DNA from: an uncultured Candidatus Saccharibacteria bacterium | GTDB lineage: Bacteria > Patescibacteriota > UBA1384 > CAILIB01 > JAUSJZ01 | Direction: 5' to 3' | Length of the DNA: 64,000 nt | Assembly: GCA_964421635.1 (NCBI GenBank) | Contig: CAYQWZ010000006.1 | Coordinates: 165-64,164 of the forward strand | Part shown: positions 1 to 9,097 of the stretch, piece after piece | How the letters are laid out: every line of letters begins with the position of its first letter | Position numbering within the stretch: position 1 is the first letter of the stretch | The notes under the pieces: model-generated | What the model was told of the DNA's origin: nothing | Databases searched by the model: none | The model's input: only the letters and a program-made list of their open reading frames with translations | Position numbers and translations under genes: made by a program

Positions 1-2
1 AT

Positions 3-530
3 TTAGTAACAGGAAATATTAGATCAGGAATTAATATCTTTGGAATTGATGGTAATGCTAATGTGGTTAATACCTCAACCGGAGATGCTATAGCTGCAGA
101 TATTCTGTTTGGCAAGATTGCTTGGGTAGATGGTTCTGAAATTACAGGTAATATCTCTACCAATACGCTTTCTGCTGCTAACGACACAGTTTCCGCTGGT
201 TATTACGCTGCTACTACTCTGGCAACAGTAGACACCGACTTAGTCACAGGAAATATTCTTTCGGGTAAGACTATCTTTGGAGTGGCTGGTAACTCTAATG
301 TGGTAAACACCTCAACCGGAGATGCCACTGCAGCAGATATTCTGTTCGGCAAGATTGCTTGGGTAGATGGCTCAGAGATTACGGGAAGCATGGCAACCCA
401 GACCTTATCTGCAGATAGTCTAACGCTATCTGCTGGCTACTATACAGCTACAACCTTATCTACCGTAGATTCTGACTTAACAGCGGCTAATATTAAATCT
501 GGTGCAACAGTCTTTGGTCTTGCGGGAACA
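3..530 (+). repeat. Intragenic tandem repeat, ~237-nt period
   Basis: ttagtaacaggaaatatt at 3 recurs as ttagtcacaggaaatatt at 240. VNTSTGDA.AADILFGKIAWVDGSEITG occurs twice, and a third partial unit reads NIKSGATVFG. Confidence 0.85.
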
Positions 531-1229
531 GCTGTTGCTGGTAGTGCTTGTTCGACTCAGGAATACCACGATGGGTATGCTTCCGCCACGGAGGAGAATA
601 ACTGCTCTTTCACCTGGACCACAGCTTCACCGGCAGTAACGGGCGATGACACTAGTGGTAATACAGATCCTCTTACGGGTCTTACTTGGAGCAACTACCT
701 TAGAAACAATGGTGGCATAGTGGAATTTAACACTAATAGCGGCTCTACCTGGAGCTGGGATGGCCAACAGAAGTTTACCGTTACCGCGGCTAATGCCACC
801 GCTGGTGCTACTTACACTAACAACAGCCAAACCTATACCGTAGTTTTAACTATCTCTGGGGGTACCACCCTATATACAATACCAACCGGCACTTCTGAAG
901 CTAGCGGTGCTTTGACTAAGACTTCCGGTACTGGTGACGATACTATCACTTTTTCTTCTCGCTCTGGTGATGCCGACAACATAGCCGTTGGTGGTAAAAC
1001 CGCCAGCGAGCTTTGTAGTGAGCGAGGTGACGGCTGGCGCTTGCCCACCCAAAAAGAGCTTCAGCAAGCTTACATTGATGGTGCGTATTGGAACCTGACT
1101 CAGCCGACAAGAGAATATTGGTCGGCGACGAGCTTCAATAGTACTTACGCGCACTATGTGAACCTGGCTAACGGCAGCACGAACAGCGCCTCTAAGACGA
1201 GTGAGATCAGTGTTCGCTGTGTTCGATAG
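3..1229 (+). CDS. Repeat-rich surface protein with C-terminal DUF1566/Lcl-like (C-type lectin-fold) domain; 5'-partial
   Basis: The frame is open from nt 3 (LVTGNIRSGINIFGIDGNANVVN...), so the true start is upstream of the window. It has ~79-aa repeats and ends in a DUF1566-type pattern, WRLPTQKEL...YWSAT...VRCVR. Confidence 0.75.
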   Translation, partial: LVTGNIRSGINIFGIDGNANVVNTSTGDAIAADILFGKIAWVDGSEITGNISTNTLSAANDTVSAGYYAATTLATVDTDLVTGNILSGKTIFGVAGNSNVVNTSTGDATAADILFGKIAWVDGSEITGSMATQTLSADSLTLSAGYYTATTLSTVDSDLTAANIKSGATVFGLAGTAVAGSACSTQEYHDGYASATEENNCSFTWTTASPAVTGDDTSGNTDPLTGLTWSNYLRNNGGIVEFNTNSGSTWSWDGQQKFTVTAANATAGATYTNNSQTYTVVLTISGGTTLYTIPTGTSEASGALTKTSGTGDDTITFSSRSGDADNIAVGGKTASELCSERGDGWRLPTQKELQQAYIDGAYWNLTQPTREYWSATSFNSTYAHYVNLANGSTNSASKTSEISVRCVR

Positions 1230-1350
1230 CAACATAATAACGATACTAGCTAGATAATAAATTGGAGCCACCGCGCATCGAACAGATAGCACAGTTTTTT
1301 TTAATTAGCGTTTATTTGTCCCAAAGCAGCTAACGCTTTAGAATGAATAG

Positions 1351-3324
1351 GTGGATATCTTAGCCGATCTTAACCTGATGCAGAAAGAAGCGGTAGTCAA
1401 CACTGACGGCCCCGTTTTGATTTTAGCCGGGGCTGGTTCTGGCAAAACAAAGACGCTAACGGCTCGCATAGCTTATTTAATTCAGCAGAATAATGTTCAG
1501 CCGCAACATATTTTAGCGGTCACTTTTACCAATAAGGCGGCCGGCGAGATGGCGACCAGAGTTAGCGAAATGTTAGCCGGCCGCAGAAAAAGAAGCGATG
1601 AAAAAAAAGAGAAATCCTACTTTTTGCCGTGGCTGGGAACTTTTCATAGCATCTGTGTCAAAATTTTGCGCCACGAATTAAACAACGCCAAACTGCCCTA
1701 CACCCAGTATTTTACAATCTACGATAGCTCTGATCAGCTCAGTCTAATTCGCATGATAATGAAAGATTTTAAAATTGACCAAAAACAGTATAATCCGCGG
1801 GCGGTAAAAGCATATATAGAAGGAGCCAAGAACGAACTAATGACGCCAGCTGCCTACGCCAAATTTGCGGATAGCTATTTTCAAGAAGTAACATCTAAAA
1901 TATATACGGAGTACCAAAAAAGGATGGTGCAAGCCAACGCTATGGATTTTGACGACCTGATAAATAACACTCTAATTTTGTTTGAGCAGCATCCGAAAAT
2001 CCTTCAAAAATACCAAGTGCAGTTTAAATACATTTTAGTAGATGAATATCAGGATACGAACAAAGGGCAGTATACGCTAGTAAAAATATTGGCTAAGAAA
2101 CACCAGAATATTTTTGTGGTAGGAGACGATTGGCAGGCAATTTATGCTTTTCGAGGTGCTGACTTTAGAAATATCTTGAGATTCGAGAAAGATTATCCTA
2201 GAGCTAAAATTATTAAACTTGAACAGAATTACCGCTCAACTCAAAACATTTTGGATGCAGCCCATAACATTATTACTAAAAACGCTCAGCGCTCAGATAA
2301 AAAACTGTTTACCAATCGTGCGGCTGGTTATCCTATAAAAGTTGTAGAGTGCTTGAACGATTGGAGCGAAGGCGAATATGTCATTTCTGAAGTGCGAGAT
2401 TTAATTAGAAATTCTACTTCCAGCCCCAATAGTTTAGATCAAGTTGTGGTTTTATACCGGACGAATGCTCAATCGCGCGTGTTAGAAGAATCCTTAATTA
2501 AGGCAGATGTGCCGTACAAAGTGGTGGGAGCGGTGCGTTTCTACGATAGAAAAGAGATTAAAGATATTTTGGCTTATTTGCGGCTGTTGCATAATCCTGA
2601 AGATAGGGTCAGTTTTGAGCGAGCGGTCAACCGGCCGAGTCGAAAAATTGGCCCTAAAACTATTAAAGATTTTTACGCCGCGAAGCTGAAGGGCGAAGCA
2701 GGACCGTCAAAAGTGCAGGATTTCTTAAATTTTATGAACAAAATGCGAAGGGAGCTGAAAGGCAAAAACGCGGCCGAAATTGTCAGCGAAATTGTCAATA
2801 AATCTGGTTACAAAGATTGGGTGAAAGATGGCACAGTAGAGGGAGAAGGGCGGTGGGAGAACATAATGGAGCTCAAGAGCGCGGCCGCGGTGCATCAAAA
2901 TTTAGATGAATTTTTGGAGCGCGTGGCTTTGGTGCAAGATACAGATAGCGAAAATGAGCGCCGCCGCGATGAGAATTCTGAAAATTTCGGCTCTCGCCAC
3001 GATATGTTTGGGGAACGACCCGCTTTACGATTACCCGGAGTTTTGACTTTAATGACTACCCATGCGGCTAAAGGGCTGGAGTTTGACACTGTTATTATCA
3101 CCGGCCTTGAAGAAGGATTATTCCCGCACCAAAATTCACTACATGATCCGGCTGAAATGGAAGAAGAGCGGCGCTTGGCTTATGTAGGAATGACGCGTCC
3201 CAAGCGCCGATTGTACTTGGTTTACGCCACAGAGCGCAGAATGTTTGGCTCGGTTGTGGCCAACGCTCCTAGCCGTTTTATTTCCGAAATTCCGGAGAAT
3301 CTAGTAGAACTGGTGGAGTGGTAA
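1351..3324 (+). CDS. pcrA: ATP-dependent DNA helicase PcrA/UvrD
   Basis: Motifs AGAGSGKT, TFTNKAA, VDEYQD, VGDDWQAIYAFRGA, LEQNYRS, HAAKGLEF and EERRLAYVGMTR. Confidence 0.95.
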   Translation: MDILADLNLMQKEAVVNTDGPVLILAGAGSGKTKTLTARIAYLIQQNNVQPQHILAVTFTNKAAGEMATRVSEMLAGRRKRSDEKKEKSYFLPWLGTFHSICVKILRHELNNAKLPYTQYFTIYDSSDQLSLIRMIMKDFKIDQKQYNPRAVKAYIEGAKNELMTPAAYAKFADSYFQEVTSKIYTEYQKRMVQANAMDFDDLINNTLILFEQHPKILQKYQVQFKYILVDEYQDTNKGQYTLVKILAKKHQNIFVVGDDWQAIYAFRGADFRNILRFEKDYPRAKIIKLEQNYRSTQNILDAAHNIITKNAQRSDKKLFTNRAAGYPIKVVECLNDWSEGEYVISEVRDLIRNSTSSPNSLDQVVVLYRTNAQSRVLEESLIKADVPYKVVGAVRFYDRKEIKDILAYLRLLHNPEDRVSFERAVNRPSRKIGPKTIKDFYAAKLKGEAGPSKVQDFLNFMNKMRRELKGKNAAEIVSEIVNKSGYKDWVKDGTVEGEGRWENIMELKSAAAVHQNLDEFLERVALVQDTDSENERRRDENSENFGSRHDMFGERPALRLPGVLTLMTTHAAKGLEFDTVIITGLEEGLFPHQNSLHDPAEMEEERRLAYVGMTRPKRRLYLVYATERRMFGSVVANAPSRFISEIPENLVELVEW

Positions 3325-3344
3325 TTCGGAGTAAGTACAAGTAA

Positions 3345-3899
3345 CTATTTTGGAAAACCATATTTCTTTTTCAGCTTATTATATTTCTGATGATTGAAAC
3401 GATAAATACCTAAAGGTAAAACTCTCTTTGTTGTTTCAATATTAATTATCGTCATTCTTTCCATTAGAGGAGAAATAAAATCTTGATGATTAAATGTTGC
3501 AAAAAATAATTTTGCTCTGGGTTTAAAAGTTAATTTGGCAATTAAGATATTATCAGCAAGAGATGATTTTGATGAATATTGAGGGTCTATATTATTGTTA
3601 ATATTTGATATTATTTGAGCTTCAATTATATCTTTTTGGGTTGTTGGTAAATAATTGATGTTTGTATAAAGACTACCAAGGAGTTTTTCGATATATTCAA
3701 AATAGCTTTTGGTTTCAGCATAATTTTTTCTGCCCTGAAGGAATTCGGTGGTTACAATATCGTCAATAGTAATATCTATGTTATTATTTTTAATTTCATC
3801 AAAAAAATCTTCAAACGGTTTACGGTCAAGTTTGACTAATTCAAATAGTACGCAAGTATCAAGCAGAAGTGTTCTGCAATCTAAGTCGCTCAATTTCAT
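3345..3899 (-). CDS. PIN-domain (VapC-like) nuclease, putative toxin
   Basis: LLLDTCVL, EF, SLADNIL and ATFNHQDF give the PIN acidic pattern. AT-rich. The ATG at 3899 is preferred over the ORF-track start at 3914. Confidence 0.65.
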   Translation of the reverse strand: MKLSDLDCRTLLLDTCVLFELVKLDRKPFEDFFDEIKNNNIDITIDDIVTTEFLQGRKNYAETKSYFEYIEKLLGSLYTNINYLPTTQKDIIEAQIISNINNNIDPQYSSKSSLADNILIAKLTFKPRAKLFFATFNHQDFISPLMERMTIINIETTKRVLPLGIYRFNHQKYNKLKKKYGFPK

Positions 3900-4029
3900 G
3901 TTCTCTATCCTCAAGGTTTTTCTTCACCCTCTCTTTGAGCTTAAGTAGATCTTTATCGTAATGGAAAGGTTGTCTCTCGCGAGCCTCACCACTAATTACA
4001 TATGGACCATACTTAATGTCTTTATTCAT
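3859..4029 (-). CDS. Small protein overlapping the PIN gene start, putative antitoxin
   Basis: About 56 aa. ATG 4029 lies 6 nt after a CATAAT -10 box. The antitoxin call rests on gene order only. Confidence 0.4.
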   Translation of the reverse strand: MNKDIKYGPYVISGEARERQPFHYDKDLLKLKERVKKNLEDREHEIERLRLQNTSA

Positions 4030-4126
4030 AATTTTATTATGACACAAAAGTATATGACAAAAAGATTATCAGTATGGCGTCAGTAATCCACAGTTTGTAA
4101 TATGATCGTGCTATAGTTCTTGGGTA

Positions 4127-5128
4127 GTGAAAAAAATTATCCCAGTGGTGGCTTTTTTTCTTCCGGTAGTGGTATTTGGCTCCACCTTATTTTTAAATCA
4201 AAAAAATGAGCAATGGATGACAATCAAAGCCCAAGCTGCCGGTATTGAAGAAGAGCAACAGGTTCTAGGCGCTCAAGTGACAGATATCGCAGATAAAATT
4301 AGCTCAGTTCAAGCAGAAGTTTATTACGGTCCGGGCGAAATTTATACACTCGACGATATGCAAACAATTTTGGGCATTGAGGTTTTCGAAGAAGATATTG
4401 TGACCGCCTTTCCGAATCCTTCGTTAGGAGTAGGCTCAGAAATTAAAGTTTATCGGGCGCAGGCAGTTTTAGTAGTCGACGCAAAAGCAGAAACCGTATA
4501 TAGAAGCTGGATGCGGACTATTGGCGAAATGCTGGCCGAAAAGGGAATTGAGGTTGGCGATGATGATGAAGTGGAGCCGAATCAGGACACTGAATATTTA
4601 ACAGACAATCGGTTGACGCCTGTCAAAATAATAATTACGCGAGTTGAAGAAACAGATGTGGAAGTGCCTCAAAAAATTGAATTCGAAGTGGAGTATCAAG
4701 ATGATAGTTCAATGTTTAAAGGTGAGACGAAAGTTTTACAGGCTGGTATAGAAGGATTGCGCATAAAAACCTATCATGTACGGCGCGAGAATGGGGAAGA
4801 GGTCGCGCGCGATTTAGTTGCTAATGAGGTCACTAAAAATCCGCAAACGAAGGTAATCGCGCGCGGCACAAAAGTGAAAACTTACGGCTCTGGCAACGCC
4901 ACTTGGTACACGAAAAAGTATAGTCATGTAGCCGCCCACAACACCTTACCGCGAGGGACGAGGGTAAAAGTCATAAACAACGCAAACGGCAAATCTACAG
5001 AAGTTACCGTAGTCGGCGGCGGATTATACACTAATGCAATTATAGATTTATCATATGACGCCTTTTCTGAGATAGCAGATCCTTCGGCTGGCGTAATTTC
5101 GGTCAGACTAGAAAAAGTGTACGATTAG
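4127..5128 (+). CDS. YabE-like protein: ubiquitin-like DUF348 + G5 + RlpA-like DPBB domain
   Basis: N-terminal TM segment, G5 pattern (IEFEVEYQDD...GIEG...P.TKVIARGTK) and RlpA-like C-terminus (GNATWY, AAHNTLPRGT, IIDLS). Adjacent to rsmA. Confidence 0.8.
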   Translation: MKKIIPVVAFFLPVVVFGSTLFLNQKNEQWMTIKAQAAGIEEEQQVLGAQVTDIADKISSVQAEVYYGPGEIYTLDDMQTILGIEVFEEDIVTAFPNPSLGVGSEIKVYRAQAVLVVDAKAETVYRSWMRTIGEMLAEKGIEVGDDDEVEPNQDTEYLTDNRLTPVKIIITRVEETDVEVPQKIEFEVEYQDDSSMFKGETKVLQAGIEGLRIKTYHVRRENGEEVARDLVANEVTKNPQTKVIARGTKVKTYGSGNATWYTKKYSHVAAHNTLPRGTRVKVINNANGKSTEVTVVGGGLYTNAIIDLSYDAFSEIADPSAGVISVRLEKVYD

Positions 5129-5131
5129 TAC

Positions 5132-5995
5132 ATGGAGCTTGAAGCTAGTTTTGTTCGAGATCTGTTATCCTCAATTAAGAAAAAGCCCACCAAAGAACTA
5201 GGGCAAAATTTTTTGTTAGACGGAGAAGTGGTCAAAAAAATGGTAGAAGTAGCCCTACCAGCTGGCGAGAAAGTGAAAAATATCATGGAGATTGGCCCCG
5301 GATTAGGAATTTTAACTAAAGAGATTATTGAATACTGGCAAGATACACCACCTAAAAAAGGGAGAGCACAAATAATAGCGGTAGAGCGTGATGCCGATTT
5401 GGCCAAAAATTTACCCCGCTGGCTAATGAAACCCAAAGAGTTAAAAATTGTCGAACAGGATGTAATAAAGTTTGATCGCGCCAAGCACTTTAAAGACGAA
5501 GATTTTATTTTAATTGCTAATTTGCCGTTTCAAGTGACAAATTTTATTTTGAGCTCAATGTTGACTCAAAAGCCGCGGCCGAAGCGCGCGGTGGTGATGA
5601 TTCAGAAAGAGGTGGCCGATAGAGTTTTAGCCAAACCTAAGGATAACGCGCGCGGTATGATGTCTGTAATTGCGGAATATTTTTGTGAACGGAAACATAT
5701 TTTACATGTGCCCAGCTCATCCTTTTACCCTGAGCCTAAAGTTGATGCGGCCGTAATTAGTTTGAAAATTCAGCGACCTCTAGACGAAAAAAGTGTCGAG
5801 CTCTTTCGGGTAGTCAAAGCCGGATTTTCGGCACGACGAAAAAATTTAAAAAACGCCCTTTCAGGTGGATTGGGAATTAAAAAGGAAGAAGCAGAAAAAA
5901 TCCTTAAAAAAGCAGAGATAAGTATTAATAGTCGAGCGCAGGAGCTGACTCTAATTCAGTGGCAAGATCTTGCTAATCAGATCGCAACCTGTTAA
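5132..5995 (+). CDS. rsmA: 16S rRNA adenine dimethyltransferase KsgA/RsmA
   Basis: Motifs LGQNFL, EIGPGLG, ANLPF, MIQKEVA and FYPEPKVDAAV. Confidence 0.95.
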   Translation: MELEASFVRDLLSSIKKKPTKELGQNFLLDGEVVKKMVEVALPAGEKVKNIMEIGPGLGILTKEIIEYWQDTPPKKGRAQIIAVERDADLAKNLPRWLMKPKELKIVEQDVIKFDRAKHFKDEDFILIANLPFQVTNFILSSMLTQKPRPKRAVVMIQKEVADRVLAKPKDNARGMMSVIAEYFCERKHILHVPSSSFYPEPKVDAAVISLKIQRPLDEKSVELFRVVKAGFSARRKNLKNALSGGLGIKKEEAEKILKKAEISINSRAQELTLIQWQDLANQIATC

Positions 5996-6031
5996 TCTTT
6001 TTGTAATCTAGGAGTTGTTAATGTTCAGTTA

Positions 6032-6709
6032 ATGAGAATATTAGTTGTTGAAGACCAGCCCGACATTAGACAGGCCCTAATCCTTACGCTAGAGAGTGAA
6101 GGGTTTCTTGTTGACTCAGCCTCTACGGCGCGTGAAGCTGTCTTTAAAGCGACGGTTAATCAGTACAGCGTAATTGTATTAGATCTTAATCTGCCAGATG
6201 GCGACGGCATGACAGTCTGCCATGAAATGCGCCAAGATAATATAGAAACTCCTGTATTAATGCTCACCATTCGTTGTGAGTTGCAAGAAATTGTTAAAGG
6301 ATTCGACACGGGAGCAGACGATTATATGACTAAACCGTATTCGCCCGGCGAACTGGTAGCGCGGCTAAAGTCATTAGCGCGGCGCGGTACCAAACAGAAA
6401 ACATCAGTATACAGAACAGACTACCTAGAGTTAAACACTCGAGCGCGTAGTCTCATTTTTTATGGCAAAGATATTGTTCTGACCCGCCGCGAGTTCGATT
6501 TACTACAGCATCTATTAGAGCGCGACGGCGATGTTGTGCATCGAGAAGATTTATGGGAGCAAGTCTGGGGCTGGGATGATTATCCGCTTCACAACACCGT
6601 CGATGTGCATATTAAAAAATTGCGAGACAAGTTGCATGATCGTCGTGGCCGCGTCATTCAAACAGTCCGCGGCGTCGGCTATCGCTTCAACACCGAACAC
6701 GCGAAATAA
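6032..6709 (+). CDS. OmpR-family response regulator (no adjacent kinase)
   Basis: Receiver motifs VVED, LDLNLP and GADDYMTKP; winged-helix motifs VDVHIKKLR and TVRGVGY. Confidence 0.92.
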   Translation: MRILVVEDQPDIRQALILTLESEGFLVDSASTAREAVFKATVNQYSVIVLDLNLPDGDGMTVCHEMRQDNIETPVLMLTIRCELQEIVKGFDTGADDYMTKPYSPGELVARLKSLARRGTKQKTSVYRTDYLELNTRARSLIFYGKDIVLTRREFDLLQHLLERDGDVVHREDLWEQVWGWDDYPLHNTVDVHIKKLRDKLHDRRGRVIQTVRGVGYRFNTEHAK

Positions 6710-6725
6710 CGGGTATAATAATGGG

Positions 6726-8012
6726 GTGAGTTTATTCAAAGTTGCTCCTAAAATTCAAATTAAAAAAAAGAGAAGTCGTCATCTAAAACACCGCCGGACT
6801 TTATGGGATTTTATACGGCCGCGCAAATCTGGAGTCATTACGGGCGCGGCCGACAATGATCCTTCGGGAATTGTCACCTATACGCAAACAGGTGCGGTGG
6901 CGGGGCTCGGTCTACTTTGGACAGTTCTTTTTTCGTTGCCAATGCTAGTCGTTGTCGAAGAGATGAGCACCCGAGTCGGTATAGTCACTAAACGCGGATT
7001 AAACAAAATTATCTCTGCCAAATTTGGTTTTGCCTCAGCTGTTTTCACGGCGTTAATTGTGGCAGTTTGCAACACCTTAACCATCGGCGCAAACTTGGCT
7101 TTTATGTCCCAAATCGCCTCCATTTTCAGTGGCATTCCAGCGCAGTATTGGGTCGGGCTGTTTGGGTTAATCCTGCTATTTATATTATTAAAAAAAGGAT
7201 ACGCTATAATTTCTCGTTATCTGTTATTTATTACGCCAATATTTTTGTTATATATTATTTCGGCCTTTATGGTACCCGATATTCCTTGGGCAAATGTGGT
7301 AGTGAACACGGTTGTACCGCGGCTAAATTTATCAGATTTTTCAGTTATTATGCTGGCTTTAGGAGTTTTTGGTACTACCGTTTCGCCGTACTTAATTTTT
7401 TGGCAAACTACGGAAGAGATTGAAGAGAAAAAGAAGGTTAAGGATATTGACGAAGAATCGGCCGGCGTAGTGTCAGGAATGTTTTTTACTCAGACAGTAT
7501 TTTTCTTTATTGTTTTGGTAGCGGCGTTAGTACTGCATGGTCAAGTGGGTGAGGTTGAAACGGCTGAACAGGCTGCTTTGGCGCTAAAACCACTGGCAGG
7601 CAATATCAGCTTTTTCATCTTTAGCATTGGCATAATGGCTTCAGGATTATTAGCCGTTCCAGTTTTGACTGCATCTACTGCTTATACTGTGGCTGATACT
7701 TTTAATTGGAAAGAAGGATTAGACAAAAAACAGATTCACGCCAGTGGTTTTTACACTATTATTATTCTGGCCATGATCGCGGGTATCGGCATTGCTTTGT
7801 CTGGTTTTAGCCCCGTGATGATGCTCGTTTACTCGCAGGTATTAAATGGCGTTTTGGTACCAATCCTACTAGTATATTTAATTTTAATTGCTAATGATAA
7901 GAAAATTATGGGTCAGCACCGAAACTCTTTTTTGGCTAATTTGATCTCTTGGGTGACGGTGTTGGTTATGGGATCGCTAACTTTGTTAATGATTTGGTCG
8001 TGGTTTAAGTAA
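6726..8012 (+). CDS. NRAMP-family divalent metal transporter
   Basis: ADNDPSGIVTY and GTTVSPY..FWQ motifs with multiple TM helices. The GTG at 6726 avoids the overlap with the regulator. Confidence 0.85.
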   Translation: MSLFKVAPKIQIKKKRSRHLKHRRTLWDFIRPRKSGVITGAADNDPSGIVTYTQTGAVAGLGLLWTVLFSLPMLVVVEEMSTRVGIVTKRGLNKIISAKFGFASAVFTALIVAVCNTLTIGANLAFMSQIASIFSGIPAQYWVGLFGLILLFILLKKGYAIISRYLLFITPIFLLYIISAFMVPDIPWANVVVNTVVPRLNLSDFSVIMLALGVFGTTVSPYLIFWQTTEEIEEKKKVKDIDEESAGVVSGMFFTQTVFFFIVLVAALVLHGQVGEVETAEQAALALKPLAGNISFFIFSIGIMASGLLAVPVLTASTAYTVADTFNWKEGLDKKQIHASGFYTIIILAMIAGIGIALSGFSPVMMLVYSQVLNGVLVPILLVYLILIANDKKIMGQHRNSFLANLISWVTVLVMGSLTLLMIWSWFK

Positions 8013-8026
8013 ATAAAAAGACAAAT

Positions 8027-8060
8027 AAAAAACCGCCGCGAGTATGAGTCACTCGCGGCG
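8027..8060 (-). terminator. Intrinsic terminator of the GC-rich minus-strand operon
   Basis: 10-bp stem cgccgcgagt/actcgcggcg with an A-run on its left (U-run on the minus strand). Confidence 0.8.
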
Positions 8061-8201
8061 ATTGTGTTGGGGCTCGGCGCTGAACACCGCTCGCAGGAAG
8101 CGAGCGATGTCCCGGCCGAGGGCGCGCCAGTCGATCTGGTGGGCGATGAGCGCCCACCAGCGGGAGAACACTGGCTCTCCCTGATTGTCTTGCTGCTTCA
8201 T
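8049..8201 (-). CDS. Uncalled 50-aa protein MKQQDNQGEPVFSRWWALIAHQIDWRALGRDIARFLRAVFSAEPQHNRRE
   Basis: SD TAGGAGGT overlaps the upstream stop codon, and the ORF's own stop lies at the terminator. Confidence 0.6.
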   Translation of the reverse strand: MKQQDNQGEPVFSRWWALIAHQIDWRALGRDIARFLRAVFSAEPQHNRRE

Positions 8202-8210
8202 CTCGACCTC

Positions 8211-8408
8211 CTAGTCGAGCTTGATGTCGCAGTTGAGACAGAAGGTGGTGCCGGTGAGGTTCACCGGCGTCTGCCCCTTGCACACCGGACATGTGGCCAT
8301 CAGCGGCTTGGGCAGCTGCATGGCCAGCTCGGCGCCGCGCGGGCGCACAATGGTGGCCGTAGCAGCGGGTGGCGTCGGCGTTTCGCGCCGCGGGGTAGCA
8401 GTCGTCAT
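8211..8408 (-). CDS. Small zinc-ribbon protein
   Basis: CPVC...CLNC. Its ATG overlaps the upstream stop as ATGA at 8405-8408. Confidence 0.6.
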   Translation of the reverse strand: MTTATPRRETPTPPAATATIVRPRGAELAMQLPKPLMATCPVCKGQTPVNLTGTTFCLNCDIKLD

Positions 8409-8860
8409 GATACTGGCTCCTTCGGCCTCTCGGCCGTCAGGCGCACCTTCTGGGCGCCCTGATCACAGTGCCCACACTCGGTGAAGTCACCCGCGATCGC
8501 TTGGTCGCCGGGGTAAACATGTCCGCACTTGGGGCAGAAGAGGTCAGGAGCGTCTTCCTTGACCTCGTGGCCGCTCATCCACACCAGCTTAGGTGCGCGG
8601 AAGCAACCGGACTTGGTGCAGCGCGTGGCATGGAGCAACTCATTCAAGAAGCCGTACACCGTGTGGCAGCACGGGCAGGCCAGAACGAGCTCTTCGTCCT
8701 CAACATCAGCGATCGGCACGGTGCCGAGGGGTTCTCCTAGGCGCAGGGCCTCACGCTGAGCCTCACGAAGACAGGTTGTCCCGCGCCGCACATGCTCGGG
8801 CTCGCCGGACAGACCGCAGGTCTGACCGTTCGAGCCGCATACGCCACAGATTCGTGGCAT
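8405..8860 (-). CDS. Multi-zinc-ribbon hypothetical protein
   Basis: CGVC, CPCC, CPKC and CGHC motifs. GC-rich, downstream of a consensus promoter. Confidence 0.65.
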   Translation of the reverse strand: MPRICGVCGSNGQTCGLSGEPEHVRRGTTCLREAQREALRLGEPLGTVPIADVEDEELVLACPCCHTVYGFLNELLHATRCTKSGCFRAPKLVWMSGHEVKEDAPDLFCPKCGHVYPGDQAIAGDFTECGHCDQGAQKVRLTAERPKEPVS

Positions 8861-8996
8861 TTCAGCTCACTTTCACCCCTTAAGGGGTAACTAGGTAGAC
8901 ACCCCCGTAAAGGGGGTAGAATATGTGTACTTCAGCCTTTTTCAGGTACAAGCGCTAACCTAAACCCGTAGGCCTAAACTAGGCTTTGATAGCCAG

Positions 8997-9025
8997 ATTA
9001 TAGCAAAAAAAGGGGTAAAAGTCAA
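8997..9025 (-). promoter_or_regulatory. Consensus sigma70 promoter
   Basis: TTGACT-N17-TATAAT with extended TG on the minus strand. Confidence 0.8.
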
Positions 9026-9097
9026 CCTATGCAAGGTATTTTGCGCTATGCAAGCCAAAAGAGGAAAAATTCCCTAAAACAGGATAAAATAAAGCTA

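Noticed and set aside
1230-1350. Possible DGR template repeat or IMH hairpin after the DUF1566-type gene
   Set aside because: I saw no adenine-rich copy of the 3' region, no convincing GC hairpin and no reverse transcriptase in the window.
6531-6725. N-terminal extension of the NRAMP ORF given in the track
   Set aside because: It overlaps the response regulator by ~180 nt; GTG 6726 is more plausible.
8064-8883. Plus-strand ORFs in the GC-rich block
   Set aside because: Promoter, SD sites, ATGA coupling and terminator all support the minus strand, and GC-rich DNA yields spurious open frames.
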